This document shows positions 47,201 to 59,900 of a DNA stretch of 64,000 nt, one piece after another. The stretch covers positions 6,200,001 to 6,264,000 of the forward strand of contig CM102288.1 in assembly GCA_046563655.1 (NCBI GenBank), written 5' to 3'. Below the pieces are notes generated by a model, which was given only the letters and a program-made list of their open reading frames with translations, did not search any database and was not told where the DNA came from. The number at the start of each line of letters is the position of its first letter. Position 1 is the stretch's first letter. Position numbers and translations under genes: made by a program. This DNA is from Yuukianura sp. NJ FZ-2021. Its lineage: Eukaryota.

Positions 47201-49872
47201 GAAGAGAAGTTCGCAGAAATCGACAAGTTCAGAATGAGCTCCCCGCAGGCTCAGCAACGGCGGAAGCGACGCGAAATTAACAAAATTCTTTCAGATATTA
47301 GAAATCCTAAGTCCAGTAAGTCAACTTTAGCTCTACCTACTGCAGATGTCCCATACGTACCCGAAAACGTTTCTAACGACCCGGTTTCACAAAGTTCAAG
47401 TTCTCTACCGACTGATTTAAATTCTTGCACTCAAGTGAGTACGCCAGAAATAACGACTTCAAATTATTCTAGTGAGGAGAAGTTAACTTTTGTTCAGGAA
47501 CTGTCTACTTGGAGCGTAACGTATAACATTCCACATGTCGCAGTTTCTTCTTTGCTGAAAATTTTAGCTATTCGTCTTCCAAATGAGAATATACCTTTAG
47601 ACGCTAGAACTTTGCTACAAACACCAAGAAATCTTAGTTACAAGAATTTGGAGGGTGGGAACTTTTTTTATTTCGGTTTAACGGAAGAGTTGGTACGCCG
47701 GGTTACTAACAATTTTTCAGCAATTACTGACAACAATCTTACGGTGTCAATAGGAATTGATGGTCTCCCACTTAACAAAAGTGATGACACTCAATTTTGG
47801 CCTATTCAAGCCAAATTGGATCAAATATGTAATGACGAACCGTGGATTGTTGCCATTTTTGTTGGTTTAACAAAACCCCAATGCCTGAACTCATACCTTA
47901 ATGATTTCGTTTCGGAGTTTAGTCACTTAAAAAGTAACGGAGTTACAGTGTGTAACAAAAACTTTCGTTTTGATATTAGTTGCGTTGTCGCTGACGCGCC
48001 TGCGCGAAGTTTTGTTAAAAGTATCAAAGGACATAATGCATATTACGGATGTGAACGATGTCTAACCAAAGGTACATATTACCTAGGAAGTGTAAGGTTC
48101 CCAGTTGACGATTCCCTGCCACGAACTGACAGCAACTTTGCCGAAAAATTTCAACCACAGCATCATGACGGTGATTCACCGCTGACAAGATGTGGGTTCG
48201 GAATGGTTTCAAAGTTTCCCCTTGACTACATGCACAGTGTGTGTCTCGGCGTCATGAAAAAGTTGCTGGGGCAGTGGTTAAATGGGAATCTTAGACTACG
48301 CAGGACGGATCGTCTTCTCATTAGTACAACACTTCTAAGTTTACGTGCATTTATTCCAAACGAATTTAGTAGAAAATGTCGGGAGTTAAAATACTTCAAG
48401 TACTTTAAAGCTACCGAATTTCGCTTGTTTCTGCTCTATACCGGTTATGTGGTACTCAAACACCGGCTAAGCAAAACGCTCTTTCAGCACTTCACAAAAC
48501 TGCACTGCGCAATGCACATCTTACTTTCCTTCCACTCGAGAAATATTTCAATGCTTAATGCTGCTCGAAATCTGCTTGTTGATTTTGCAAAAGAGGCGCA
48601 AACTATTTACGGTCAACAGTTTCTTGTCTATAATGTTCATTCTTTAATTCACTTGGCTGATGACGCTGAAAAGTTTGGACCTCTGGATTCTGTCTCTGCT
48701 TTTGACTTTGAAAATTCAATGCAGAAATTATTAAAAATGATACGTGGCAAACATTACCAACAACTACAGCAAGTGACGCGCAGAATCTTTGAAAGGGTTA
48801 AAATTCAAAATTTACTGCCAAGCAAAGAGCCATTGGTTAGGAATTTTAAATGTGGCGTAGCGTATAAGAATGTTAAAGTTTCTAACAGCGAAGGGGACAA
48901 TTGTTTTTTGACAAAAGCTGGAAAATTAATTGTTATTACGAAGGTAGTTAAGGAAGTAAGACCGGAGTGTGAATTAGATGCTGTTAAAATACACTATAAG
49001 TTAGCAATTACTAAAGATTTAAAAAATTATCCTGTAAAAAGTTCGGAGTTAGAGATTTTCAAAGTCGTTGGATTTAAAAAATTAGACACAGGTACTCTAA
49101 GTATGTTAAAAAGAAAATGTGTTATGTTACCTAGCCATAAAAACTCCAGAACACGAATTAATTATGTCTGTATCCCATTTACTACATTACTGTGAAATAA
49201 AAGTTATTTCCATGTCAAATTTTCCCGTGAGTATCAATTATTTTGATATATTAAAAGATAATTGGTCCTAAAGATAAAAGTTTAATGGGCCACATAAAGA
49301 AATATTAAAGGGACCTAATTCCGGACAAATATTTTTTCAATATTTGGGCCTCATCTCAAATCAGGATAAGGACCAGATATGAGTTGGGAAGTGTGGAACT
49401 ATTTCGGACCAGCTTCAAACATTGTTGGGAGAAGTGTGGGAAGTCCCACTTGGGCCGCACTTGGGATCGCAGACAAAACACTTTTATTCCCAAACATCTA
49501 AAATTTTATTTGGCCCAAAAAACTCCCAAAGATCCGTGGCTATGTGGGGAGTTTTGAAAGTTAAAAGATTTGAAATTTTGAAAATTTGATTGAATTTTGA
49601 AATGTTTTAGGTTGAAAGTTTTACCTTGCCGGCTACAAGTTGTGGTTGGGGTTGCTGAATGTACTGCCCGGGAGAGTATGCTTGAAATACTTCGTCTGAC
49701 CTGAGCTGACCGTCGTTCTGACCCACGGCCCACCCAACTGAAGCCACCAACAAAGTGGGCAGTAGCAAGTAAACCTAACAATGAATTAGTTTAATTACAT
49801 TATTTATAAATTTAATTATATTATTTTAATTGTAATTTAATGTTTGGCTATTGTTCTTACGTAGTGTGCCAT
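44271..49872 (-). CDS. Cuticular protein, RR-2 (Rebers-Riddiford chitin-binding). Exons: 49872-49861, 49774-49625, 45158-44862, 44785-44675, 44588-44271; intron 2 contains a transposon
   Basis: Signal peptide MAHY/VYLLLPTLLVASVGWAVG. Extended R&R consensus PNPQYNFSFDVKDDELTNYQNRQEERDGGVIKGSYSV/VDPDGYVRTVTYTADSKNGFQAKV, then a Gln-rich tail. All junctions are phase 0. Confidence 0.92.
45760..47280 (+). CDS. Transposon accessory gene, DUF4806-like. Exons: 45760-45952, 46055-46204, 46302-46394, 46472-46677, 46764-46938, 47102-47280
   Basis: Phase-consistent GT-AG splicing with no stops. N-terminal YSVVSF..SVEAVPSSWL and C-terminal GGKTVREAIDRIMKKLFTKELAQTFSLTGKR...EIEKGVAKYL..DKYGGR resemble the accessory proteins of animal EnSpm-like elements. 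Confidence 0.75.
47234..49195 (+). CDS. EnSpm/CACTA-type DDE transposase, intact (~650 aa), intronless
   Basis: Motifs LDARTLL, IGIDGLPL..QFWPI, VADAPARSFVK.IKGHNAYYGCERC, FPLDYMHSVCLGVMKKL, KATEFRLFLLY, YNVHSLIHL, SAFDFEN. Confidence 0.92.
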   Translation: MSSPQAQQRRKRREINKILSDIRNPKSSKSTLALPTADVPYVPENVSNDPVSQSSSSLPTDLNSCTQVSTPEITTSNYSSEEKLTFVQELSTWSVTYNIPHVAVSSLLKILAIRLPNENIPLDARTLLQTPRNLSYKNLEGGNFFYFGLTEELVRRVTNNFSAITDNNLTVSIGIDGLPLNKSDDTQFWPIQAKLDQICNDEPWIVAIFVGLTKPQCLNSYLNDFVSEFSHLKSNGVTVCNKNFRFDISCVVADAPARSFVKSIKGHNAYYGCERCLTKGTYYLGSVRFPVDDSLPRTDSNFAEKFQPQHHDGDSPLTRCGFGMVSKFPLDYMHSVCLGVMKKLLGQWLNGNLRLRRTDRLLISTTLLSLRAFIPNEFSRKCRELKYFKYFKATEFRLFLLYTGYVVLKHRLSKTLFQHFTKLHCAMHILLSFHSRNISMLNAARNLLVDFAKEAQTIYGQQFLVYNVHSLIHLADDAEKFGPLDSVSAFDFENSMQKLLKMIRGKHYQQLQQVTRRIFERVKIQNLLPSKEPLVRNFKCGVAYKNVKVSNSEGDNCFLTKAGKLIVITKVVKEVRPECELDAVKIHYKLAITKDLKNYPVKSSELEIFKVVGFKKLDTGTLSMLKRKCVMLPSHKNSRTRINYVCIPFTTLL

Positions 49873-50904
49873 TGGATGCTGTGATGTGTGACTCCTTGGA
49901 CAGCCTCAGAAGAAATGGAAATGAGGAAGACAAAGACAAGGGAAATTGAGAGCACATTCCGCAACTTCCGCAGCAGGAAGTCCCACGACACTCCCTTCTT
50001 ACGCAACTTACTTCAATCTTCTCAATCAATCAATCCAATCATCACAGGTATGACGCAACTCCACTCCAATTACTAACGACATACCAAAATTCTACTCTCT
50101 TTTTTAAAATTTTCTCAAAATCTGCTTTCTTTTTCGAAATGTAGTCGAAATCTACTCCCTTTTTCTAAATGTTCTCAAAATATACTCTCTTTTTTTCTCA
50201 AGTCGAAATCTACTTTATTTTTCAAGATGCCTTCGAATTCTACTCTCTTTTTCAAAACGTTTCTTAAAATCTACTCCACTCATGACATGTCAACTACTCT
50301 TGTTCAAAATACTTTCAAATTTCAGCTACATTTTACTTTCAGATGAAAGTAGGTGAGCATTTTGTTTACAGTTTTTTTTTTCTAAAAATGCATTTTTCTG
50401 AAAACTAATTTTTTCTTGCTGAACTTTGTTAAAATCGTTAAACTTCGTTTATAAAATGAGATTTTTGTTAAATGACAAAGAAAATCAGTGGGATTTGTAA
50501 CATTTTTTTTTTATTTTAGTTTGTGTGTGATGTGTATTTTTGGCCTTTTTTGTAGGTCCGTAGGAAATTACGTAATGAGGAGGGGTGAGAGGGTGATTTT
50601 TTTTTTAAATTTTCACCCCAGCGAGATGCGATCCCCTGTCTCGGATTCTCACTTGTTGCTGGACAGTCATCCGCATCACGCAACATGATCTGCCCAAAGA
50701 TCTGAACAGTAAGCTCCAGCACACGTTTTACAATAACAACTCCAAATACAATCTCCAAAAGTCATTTTAAAATTTCCAAAGTTCAAAAGTTTTAAAAACT
50801 GAAATTATTTTTAACTGGGGAAGCTGAAACTAAAAGTGGAAGTGGAATATGGAAACTGGTGGGGCAAATTTGAATTTCGGACAGCATATACTATAAGCCT
50901 CAAG

Positions 50905-53900
50905 ATGGATTTGGTGGGTTTGTTGTTTGTGTTGTTTGTGACCCACTTCGGTGGGGCCGGTGGGGCCGAAGAAGACAATGGAATTAACTCTCACCAACCA
51001 TACGCTCTCAACTTCACTGCCATTCAGCAATTCCCTACTCATTGCGCAACGCACTGCAAGGACCAATTACAGGTACACTTTTTCACGTTTTTTTTTCCAA
51101 TTCGAATTGAAAAGTCCAAAAATCTACAACAATTAAAAATTTCTTTATTGAAATTTTAATCTCTCTTTTTTTTGGAATGACTTGTGCTCGTTAACCTTTA
51201 CACTGGACTTGCTTTTGCGTCGTGCAAAAATTGCACACAGTCAGCTCCAACTTTTTTTTTTTTCAAAAACTGGCAGATTTTCACACCGCAAAAGCTATTT
51301 TCTGCTAAATTGAGCATTAGAAAAAACAGTTTTTTGGAGAATGTAATTGAACAATGTTGGTTTTTGAAGAAATTTTGTTCAGGAATTTTGAAAAATGTGA
51401 GTTTTTAAAAACATTGCGGAAGAAGCAGTTGTGATTCGTGTGGATTTGAGTAGCTTTTGTGTGTGGAATGAATTGAAAGTGAGTCAGTTTGATTTCGTGT
51501 GGAATTGGTTAAATTGTTGTAGTGTAAATTGGACATGGCAATGTCATAGGAAGCTGGATTCGGCGGAAGTGACTGATCAAGGCACAAGTGACATCCAAAC
51601 ACCCCCAGGCTCCACTTTCTCATAGACCAAAATGACGAATCGGCAATTCCAAAAATCTCTCTTTCTCAAATCACGATTCCAACGCTCAGCATATTTCATC
51701 TATCCATAAAAAAATCTTAGAGAGGAAAAAGTTTGGCAAAAAGAACTTTTTTCCACACATTTTGCACAGTTTAGTGGAATTAAAAAATAGTACCTATCAC
51801 TCATTTCATGACATGCAATGAGTTGGAACTTGTTTTAAGCTGCGCAGAAGGAATAGTTTTTGACATGCTGCGCAGATGCAAGGTCGTAGAAAGCTGCGTA
51901 GATGTAAAACTTTAGAGATTCAAATGAAATCCGATTGGAAATATCCGATAAGACCCAGTAACACAGAAAATGGATAGTATTAAGTACTTTGTGAGAATAA
52001 GAGTGAAAGTTAATTGTTGATTAATTGATTAATTGTGTATTTGTGATTAATTGTTGATTAATTGTGGAAGTGGGACTTCCTTGGCTTTTGTGATTTCCTG
52101 AGGAGGGGATGAGGGTTGTTTTGGAGGGCGGATTTCCGCTCAATCCTCCCTCCAATTTCTTCCCACATTTTCAAACATCCCTCTCTTCTGTACAAAAACT
52201 ATTCAAAAGTGAATGTTTTAGTTGCAACAATCAAGGAGATGCTTAGATGTCACAACTATTTGCATACATTATATTATATTATGTGATATTTTATTGGCAA
52301 TTTATATCGGTGGGGTCGGGGATTGTAAGGATGGGGATTCGGGGATTTTGGTATGGTGGGGCATGGGGATTGTTGTTTTGTGCGTGTTTGGCTGTGACCG
52401 GAACTGGACTTCCGATTTAGCTTTGAGTTCCCCTCTCAAGTAATTCCCATTGTTCACAAAGTCCATTCATTCACTTGTTCCTTATACCCCGCCTGTTATC
52501 CCCCTACCTGTTGTTCTACCAAGCAGAACACAAGGCAACAAGTGACACAGCAACAGATTCTCACATTTTCAAAAACATTTTTCAAAAGATTTATACATTT
52601 TTCAAGCATCTTTCAACAGATTTACAGATTTTCCAAACCGTTTTTGAGAAGATTCCAAAAAATAAAACTAAAAAGAAATTGTGCCAAATCTGATTTTTAG
52701 TGACCCAGGCACGACTGGAATTGTTACACTTTTTGAATATTTTTTGAAAATTGGGGAAGGAAGGAATTGAAAAGTCGTTTTTCAAATTCATTTCATAAAA
52801 ATGTCAAAGGGAGTTAAGCTGAGGGTGTTAGGTAGTGAGCATGCGCAGTGCATTCCTTCTTTTGTCGGTTTCCTTTGCACTGTGATGCAGAGTTGGAGGA
52901 TTTAGTAAACAAAAGTACCTGACAGTGTCCAGATTTGTGTAAAAGTAAGACCGTTAACCACATGGACTGGTGTACGTTTCAATTTGCGTCAATTGACCAA
53001 ACTGTATCCAATTTCAAAGCTTACTTTACAAAAACACAAAAAAAGCAACATTTTTTTTTAGCTCAACACTAGTTTTGTTTGGTTTTGGAATTTTGTGTTT
53101 TTCAATTCTCGATTCAGCAGAAACCCCCCATTTATTGGTTTCTTGAACTTGAAATCCTATTTCTTCAAAGTTTGATTGTAAGTTTGTGTTTTTTTTTTAA
53201 TTCTTCAATTTTTCGAATTTATGATAGAATTGGTGACTTTCTGGAAACCAAAGAGAGAAGAGTTTCAAATAACTTTAGAGTCTGATTTTGAAATGTGGAT
53301 TTTTGAATTTATGATTTTGAAATGTAGAGTGTTTTGAGAGAGGGAAATTTTGAATTTTGGGGGAATTTGTAATTGATTGTAACTTGTGGAGTTGTTTGTT
53401 GTGCCACCCAAGCTACTGCGTGGTGTTGAAATCCGTCTGGACTGGATCCAGCATCACCTCTGTTTGGACGAAGGGCCCACCCAGGGCTCCCTTCCACAAA
53501 AATGAGTTGTGGTACCGATGCGTACCAGAAGATACGCCGAGGTATCTCGGAGGGGAGAAGGCGCCTTGAGATTGAGAGTGTTTTGCTGTTCTAATCAGAG
53601 CAGAAAGTCTCTCTGCTAGAAGTGACCTCTTGAGCAAGAGGTCAACCACTACTATCTCCGTACTATCAGAGTTAGATGGAGGTCAGGAGCAAAGGACACT
53701 TCTGCCTCATGTCCAGAATTCAACACTCTCTTTATCCAGCACACTTTGGACTCTAACCACCAAAACACTTACTCTAACCCTCCATCTCCCTCTCAAAACA
53801 ATAACAATTCTTTTCCCGCGTTTTTTCATCTTTAAAATTGTTCAAAATTATCTCCAGGTCAACATAACCCATGATAGACACGCAGACGCAATTTCTAGAC

Positions 53901-56900
53901 TGTCTAGTGACCCTTGACCCCAAACAAAGGGCTACTAATCCTCGGAAACGCGGAAACACACAAAAAAGAGAAATTTTAACCATAGATCGGCAATTTTAAC
54001 ACCAGTGGATCAAGGGTGAAGGCTGAACACCAATTACGTCAAATAATTTTAGTTCAAATTATAATAGTTCAATATGGTGCGAATTCAGAAGCGAATAGTG
54101 TGGGGCTTAACCAATGCTATAACATAATTCTCTGTTCATGTTGAACCAATTAGTTTCGATCCAATAAGTTTTGAACTAATTACTGTTGAACAAATTTTGT
54201 GGTTTTACTTGACCGAAGTGGCATTTATGCAAATTAGTTGATGCTGGAATCGTTGACCTCGTCAATCACTCCAACATGCTTAGATAGTCATGTGCAGACT
54301 TGAAAAATTTATGCAAATTATGAGTAAACTTTTACTAAATTTAGTAAAACTTTCATAAATTTCTCACTAGTTTTTCACTTAAGTGAACTTTTAAAGCGGA
54401 AGGAAGTTGGTTGTTGAAGTTGACAAAAGAAGAATGAAAATGTTGATGCGGATGTTTGAATTGAGTAGTAAATTGAGAAGTACTTCTCACAACTAATCTG
54501 TTGAGTTAGTCAATTGAGCAGCATTTGTCATAATCCCTTGTATCAGTATCAAGCATTTGTGCTAGAGATGAAAAATGCTTGGCAGCAGTTGAATACTTGA
54601 GCAGTAAATATTTGAGCAGTAGTTGTGATGTTGTTGATTAATGGACTAATTGATTCTTTTGTTGGTTTTTAGTACAACTCAATTTGCATAGAAGGGTGTG
54701 GAGAGTGGAGACGTGCACTGAGAGATGGGTGTGGAGCAGTCTGCGTACGTCAAACTTCATGCATCGATTTGTTCAAAATTCACTTCAAAATTCAAAGGTT
54801 CAAATTCAAAATTCAAAATCTACAACTTGTTTTTGTTGATTTTGTTGTAGGTTGCGAGGGAAGCGAAGTTCCGTGAGTTCCACGCATGTCAAGTGGGGTG
54901 TTCCAAGGTCATCGAGGACTACTACTTCTATCTCTCAGGTGAGGCATACTCACATGCTGCGCCAGCATCTTTTGGTCCAGCATCTTTGTCTCCAGCATCT
55001 TTTGGTCCAACATCTTGAGTTTGTGATTTCACGGCTCATTTAGATCATCTCAGTTCTGGAAAGTAGAAATTCCAGAAATTTGGAAGTGACGAAGTGAGAG
55101 TTGAGAAGGCGTTGACGTGTCCAAAAGAAGTGAAACCATGAGAGTCATTACTCAATTGACAAAGTCATCTTGGCCAATTGAGGATCTAACAAGGAATTTT
55201 GTTTCCCAGAAACAAAAGAAAACCGTCAACGCCTTTGTCAACTTTCAACTCACTTCCACACCAAACGAGCCGCTAAACACAAAATACACAAACCAAATGG
55301 AATTTTTGTTTCAGAATTCTTAGAACGTGATTTTTATGGGGACAAACGACCAGAGGAATCTTTAAAATTTTGGAACTACAGACAATCTTTCTGTATTTCT
55401 AAAATTTTGTCCCGCTTTCACTTTTTGTTTGAAATTTTAGAGGGAAAGCGATGTTTTACTTTGATTTTTTTAATTTGCAGGGGTCCTAGGAGTGCCTGAG
55501 CCACCGAGTTTGATTCCTTCGACATTGGGTCACACTTCACTTGATTTGACGTGGGAGGGGGTTCAAGGTCACATTCCTCATCTCCTTTTTACTGTACAGA
55601 AGAAAGTGAGTCTGCGCAGTGAAGATTGGGAGTCACCACTCATAGATGCTGTCAACACCACGCATGTCACAGTAGACGGTCTCAGACCGTACACAGAGTA
55701 CCAGGTTTGTAGCCTCGCACCTAAATTTTAACACTTTTCTGATTTTTGTTTTCTGTTTTCTACTTTTCGGATGTATTTTCTGTTTTATGGGGACCTTATA
55801 TTGGTTTTCGGTGTTGATTTTTGATTTTTTTTCTTCAGTTCTGATGTCGTTTTCTGAGTTTTTTTTTAGTTTCTTCTGATGTTGTTGATTTCTTTTCCAA
55901 TTCTTTGCTTTCTGGCTAAATTTTCGGATGCTATTTTTCGTGTTCAGATTTTCTGTAATTTTATGTTAAAATTCCTTATTTCTAATGTTTCATTTTCTGT
56001 TTTCTGTTTTTTTTTGTAGTTTCGAATTGGATGGCTGATAGCTCAAGATTTCCCGCCTGTTTACTCCGCCGAGTCAGTTGGAATTGTAACTTTAGCCAAA
56101 GGACTTCCGAATTCTCCACAAATAACAAGTATCCAACCAATCACAAACACGAGTGTATCCGTCACTTGGCTTCCGCCCTCACAACCCAGTGGACCACTCA
56201 TCGCTTACATTCTCAAACTACAAAACATACCCGATGGACATCTCATACTCAAGGTATACTTCAATATTGCATATATTTCAATATATAGTATATTTTATAT
56301 TTACAGTTTTATATCACATTTTCAGGAAATTCCAATTCTCGGTAGTCAGAATCACGGAGGCTATACTTTTTCCGCACTTTTACCAAACACAAACTACTCA
56401 CTCGCCATCTCTGCACTCAACCGAGAGGGAGAGGGAGAACCAAAACTCGTCACTTTTTTCACACCTCAGTCACAAACATCTAACGGTAACAAAAATTTAA
56501 AAAAATTACAAATTTTTCTACTAAACTTTTATAATTTTGAACTTTTTGTAAAAATTTTGTTGCATATTTTTGAACTTTGCAGATATTTCTAAGAGTGGAG
56601 AGCCGAAACTGCTGATTCAGGGGATTAGGGAGGTGTATGTGCAGGCCATTGACCTCCTCCTCCAACCAGAAGTGTCTGTTTTCGTCTCCACCAAGAATGT
56701 CACAGGTCAGTGAAAACTATTTTCTACTATTAAAATCTGTCAGTCTGTTCGTCTGTATTCTTAGTTACTAATTTATTTTAAGGATTCAATCTTCAAAAAC
56801 AATGTTCAAATGCCTGGCATTTTGAACTTTTCACCTCATGATTATTTCTAGAATTGATATAAAACTTAAATCTTGTTTTGAAAAAAAAAATGGAATACGA

Positions 56901-59900
56901 ATAAGTGCAAATACTAGGCAGATTTAATGGATCCAGGGCGATACCCCAACAAGCATTTGCAGCATGCTACCTTTTTTTTTATAGTTTTAATGATTTTTTC
57001 CTAACCGACTATTTTGATTTCTGTTTCTTAGGAATGTGTGCTCACTTTGGTAAAAACCTGGTTTTTGTTGCCACTGGAGACGGAGACGTTGTTCGGCGGA
57101 GTTTAGGACCAGGAAATGACACGAAAGTGATTCTGCGCAGAGACAAGGTTGACATGACGGTGACATTTCTGTCGGTTGACTGGTTGCACGATACGCTGTA
57201 CCTCGTGGGAAGGAAGAAGAGAGGCGACAGTTGGGTCATCAAGAAAAGCGATCTGAGTGGAGCCAGAAGTCGAACTGTTCTGGCAAATATCGGGGCCACA
57301 CCAATCGACTTCCAGGCGGATCCGTACACTGGGTAGGTCAATGTCGCCTTGACGACATTTCTATCACCAAGGTGACATTTTTGTCACCTCACCCTATCTT
57401 AATTGTTTTGACCTAGGTACTTGTACTGGGTCACTTCAAGTGGACTGTACAGAATGGATCTATTTCCGAGTCGTGGTTCGGCAGAAATCGTGCCACTTGT
57501 GGAGGAAGAAGGTCTCGGGCCATTTACAATCGATTTCACAAATTACAGAATACTCTTAGTACACAAACGCAGAAACACAGTGTACGCAGTCTCTCTCGAC
57601 GGGTAATGCAAAACTCGAAATTCGAAAAATGAAAACTCGAAATTAGAAAAACTGAAAATGGAACTAAAATTTTTGTTTGAAATCTTGTTTTTATTGATTT
57701 TTAGAGAGAAAAGCGACATTCGTGGGAACACGCAGAGTCCGAACTGGGCCGAAGTAGTTTCTATTGGCAACTACGATGGAGTTTTTTACTGGACAACTGG
57801 AACTTCCATTGTGGTAGAAGAATATAATGCCATCCAGCGGACTTTTTACCACAACAGTTACGAAGTGGCCAAGTCCCACCAGCCTTGTTCCCGCCTCCTG
57901 CTCGTCCACCCCTCGCTCCAACCCACCCCCGCCCCCATGGCCCCACCAGCAAATCTACAAGCAGTCTTCTCTCAACGACAAGCAAGGGTCACCTGGAACC
58001 CACCACCACAAATCGCTGGGCTAGGTACGTTCATCAGCTTCTGCTCCGCCTTTGAACTCCACTTTATACGCCCTCTAGAGTTCCTCTTTGACCCCTGACT
58101 ATCACTTTTCATTCCTGACTTCTCACTTTTCATTTCTGACTTCTCACTTTTCATTTCTGACTTCTCACTTTTCATTTCTGACTTCTCACTTTTCATTCCC
58201 GACTTCTCACTTTTCATTTCTGACTTCTCACTTTTCATTCCTGACCTCTGACTTTTCATTTCAAACGGCAGACTTCTATTTGTTGGCTTCTGACTTCGAT
58301 TTCTTAACTTCTGACCTTGAATTCCCGAATTCTGGCTTTGAATTCCTGAATTCTGGCTCCGAATTCCTGACTTCTGCCTCCTATCTCTTTACGTCCTATT
58401 ATTCCTGACCTCTTTCAATTTCTCTTGCTTCTTCTGACCTTGCTGAACTCCTAAAAGAAAACGATTCTATTTTTGAATTTACGCTCCGTGTAAAACAGAA
58501 TTAGGATAAGGTTTAATTTATTGAAATAAATTGGAAATGGCGGGAGTTTTCAAACTTTTTTCTATTTGCTGTACCTGTGCACTCACCCAAAAACATTTCC
58601 CTCATTTAAGTTTTTGTGAAAAGAATTAAATTTGAACGGAAAAGTTTAAAAAAAGTGGAGACAAAAGTCTTTAGTTTTTTGTTTCAAACGGAGTGTGAGT
58701 GTTTTTAAAGTAGGAATCCAAAGGAATTGTCCAAAGCGTTGATCGCTTCTGCGCACCGTCTCTATTTTCTCCCAGCTTGTTTTTGGCTTTGTGCACAGGT
58801 ACGGCCCTCTCTCACTCTCTTTCACTTTCACTTTTCTAAAAACACTTCACACCTTAAGCTAATTCATCAAGTTTTTAATTACTTTTTTTAACAGGAGAAG
58901 GAAGTTGGAGAAACTGGAACTACGAAGTAACTCTCTCCAACAACACAGGTCACCAAGTCAAGGTCACTGGGGTCAACGACACAAATCTACTCCTCAACAA
59001 TCTCCTACCAAACACACAGTACTCTTTCCAGGTAAAACACAACATTTTGTCAGCCAAGGTTGATAAACAAAGAGGTAATTTTTTTAACAGGTTAGGCAAT
59101 AAGTCGAATTCTAAATTTTTTAAGCAAATTTTGAATTTAAAGATCAAAGAAAAAGATCAAATTTAAAGATCAAAATTGCTAATAAAATTCAAAAAGAAAA
59201 TTCAGCTGAACCTGTTTTTTGAAATCGTAAACAAAGATGGCTAAAAAAAATCAATTTTTTGTATTTTTGTAGGAAAACTCTTTCTAATCAGCATAATTCC
59301 AAATTCCAAAAAGTTAAAAGTTTAGTAGGAAAATCACTCTTTCTAATCAGCATAATTCCAAATTCCAAAAAGTTAAAAGTTTAGTAGGAAAATCACTCTT
59401 TCTAATCAGCATAATTCCAAATTCCAAAAAGTTAAAAGTTTAGTAGGAAAATCACTCTTTCTAATCAGCATAATTCCAAATTCCAAAAAGTTAAAAGTTT
59501 AGTAGGAAAATCACTCTTTCTAATCAACATAATTCCAAATTCCAAATAGTTAAAAGTTTAGTAGGAAAATCACTCTTTCTAATCAACATAATTCCAAACT
59601 CCAAAAAGTTAAAAGTTTAGTAGGAAAATCACTCTTTCTAATCGACATAATTCCAAAAAGTTAAAAGTTTAGTAGGAAAATCACTCTTTCTAATCGACAT
59701 AATTCCAAATTCCAAAAAGTTAAAAGTTTAGTAGGAAAATCACTCTTTCTAATCGACATAATTCCAAAAAGTTAAAAGTTTAGTAGGAAAATCACTCTTT
59801 CTAATCGACATAATTCCAAATTCCAAAAAGTTAAAAGTTTAGTAATTGTCTAAAGATCGAGTAAAGATTTAGTAAAGATCGAGTAATTGCCTAAGCTGTT

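Larger units (their letters stand above)
45298..49548 (+). mobile_element. Full-length CMC/EnSpm (CACTA-superfamily) DNA transposon, 4251 bp
   Basis: TIRs CCCACATAGCCA...TGGCTATGTGGG, extending imperfectly (TTTGGGAG..TTTTGGG). 2-bp TSD GA at 45296-97 and 49549-50. Contains two genes. Confidence 0.9.

Noticed and set aside
49506..49781. 91-aa minus-strand ORF from the track
   Set aside because: Wrong frame; the real exon here is the RR-2 signal-peptide exon (VYLLLPTLLVASVGWAVG…).
57972..58408. SEKSEMK / SHFSFLT repeat ORFs
   Set aside because: Translations of the intronic 21-bp repeat; sev splices across it (58024->58895) in phase.
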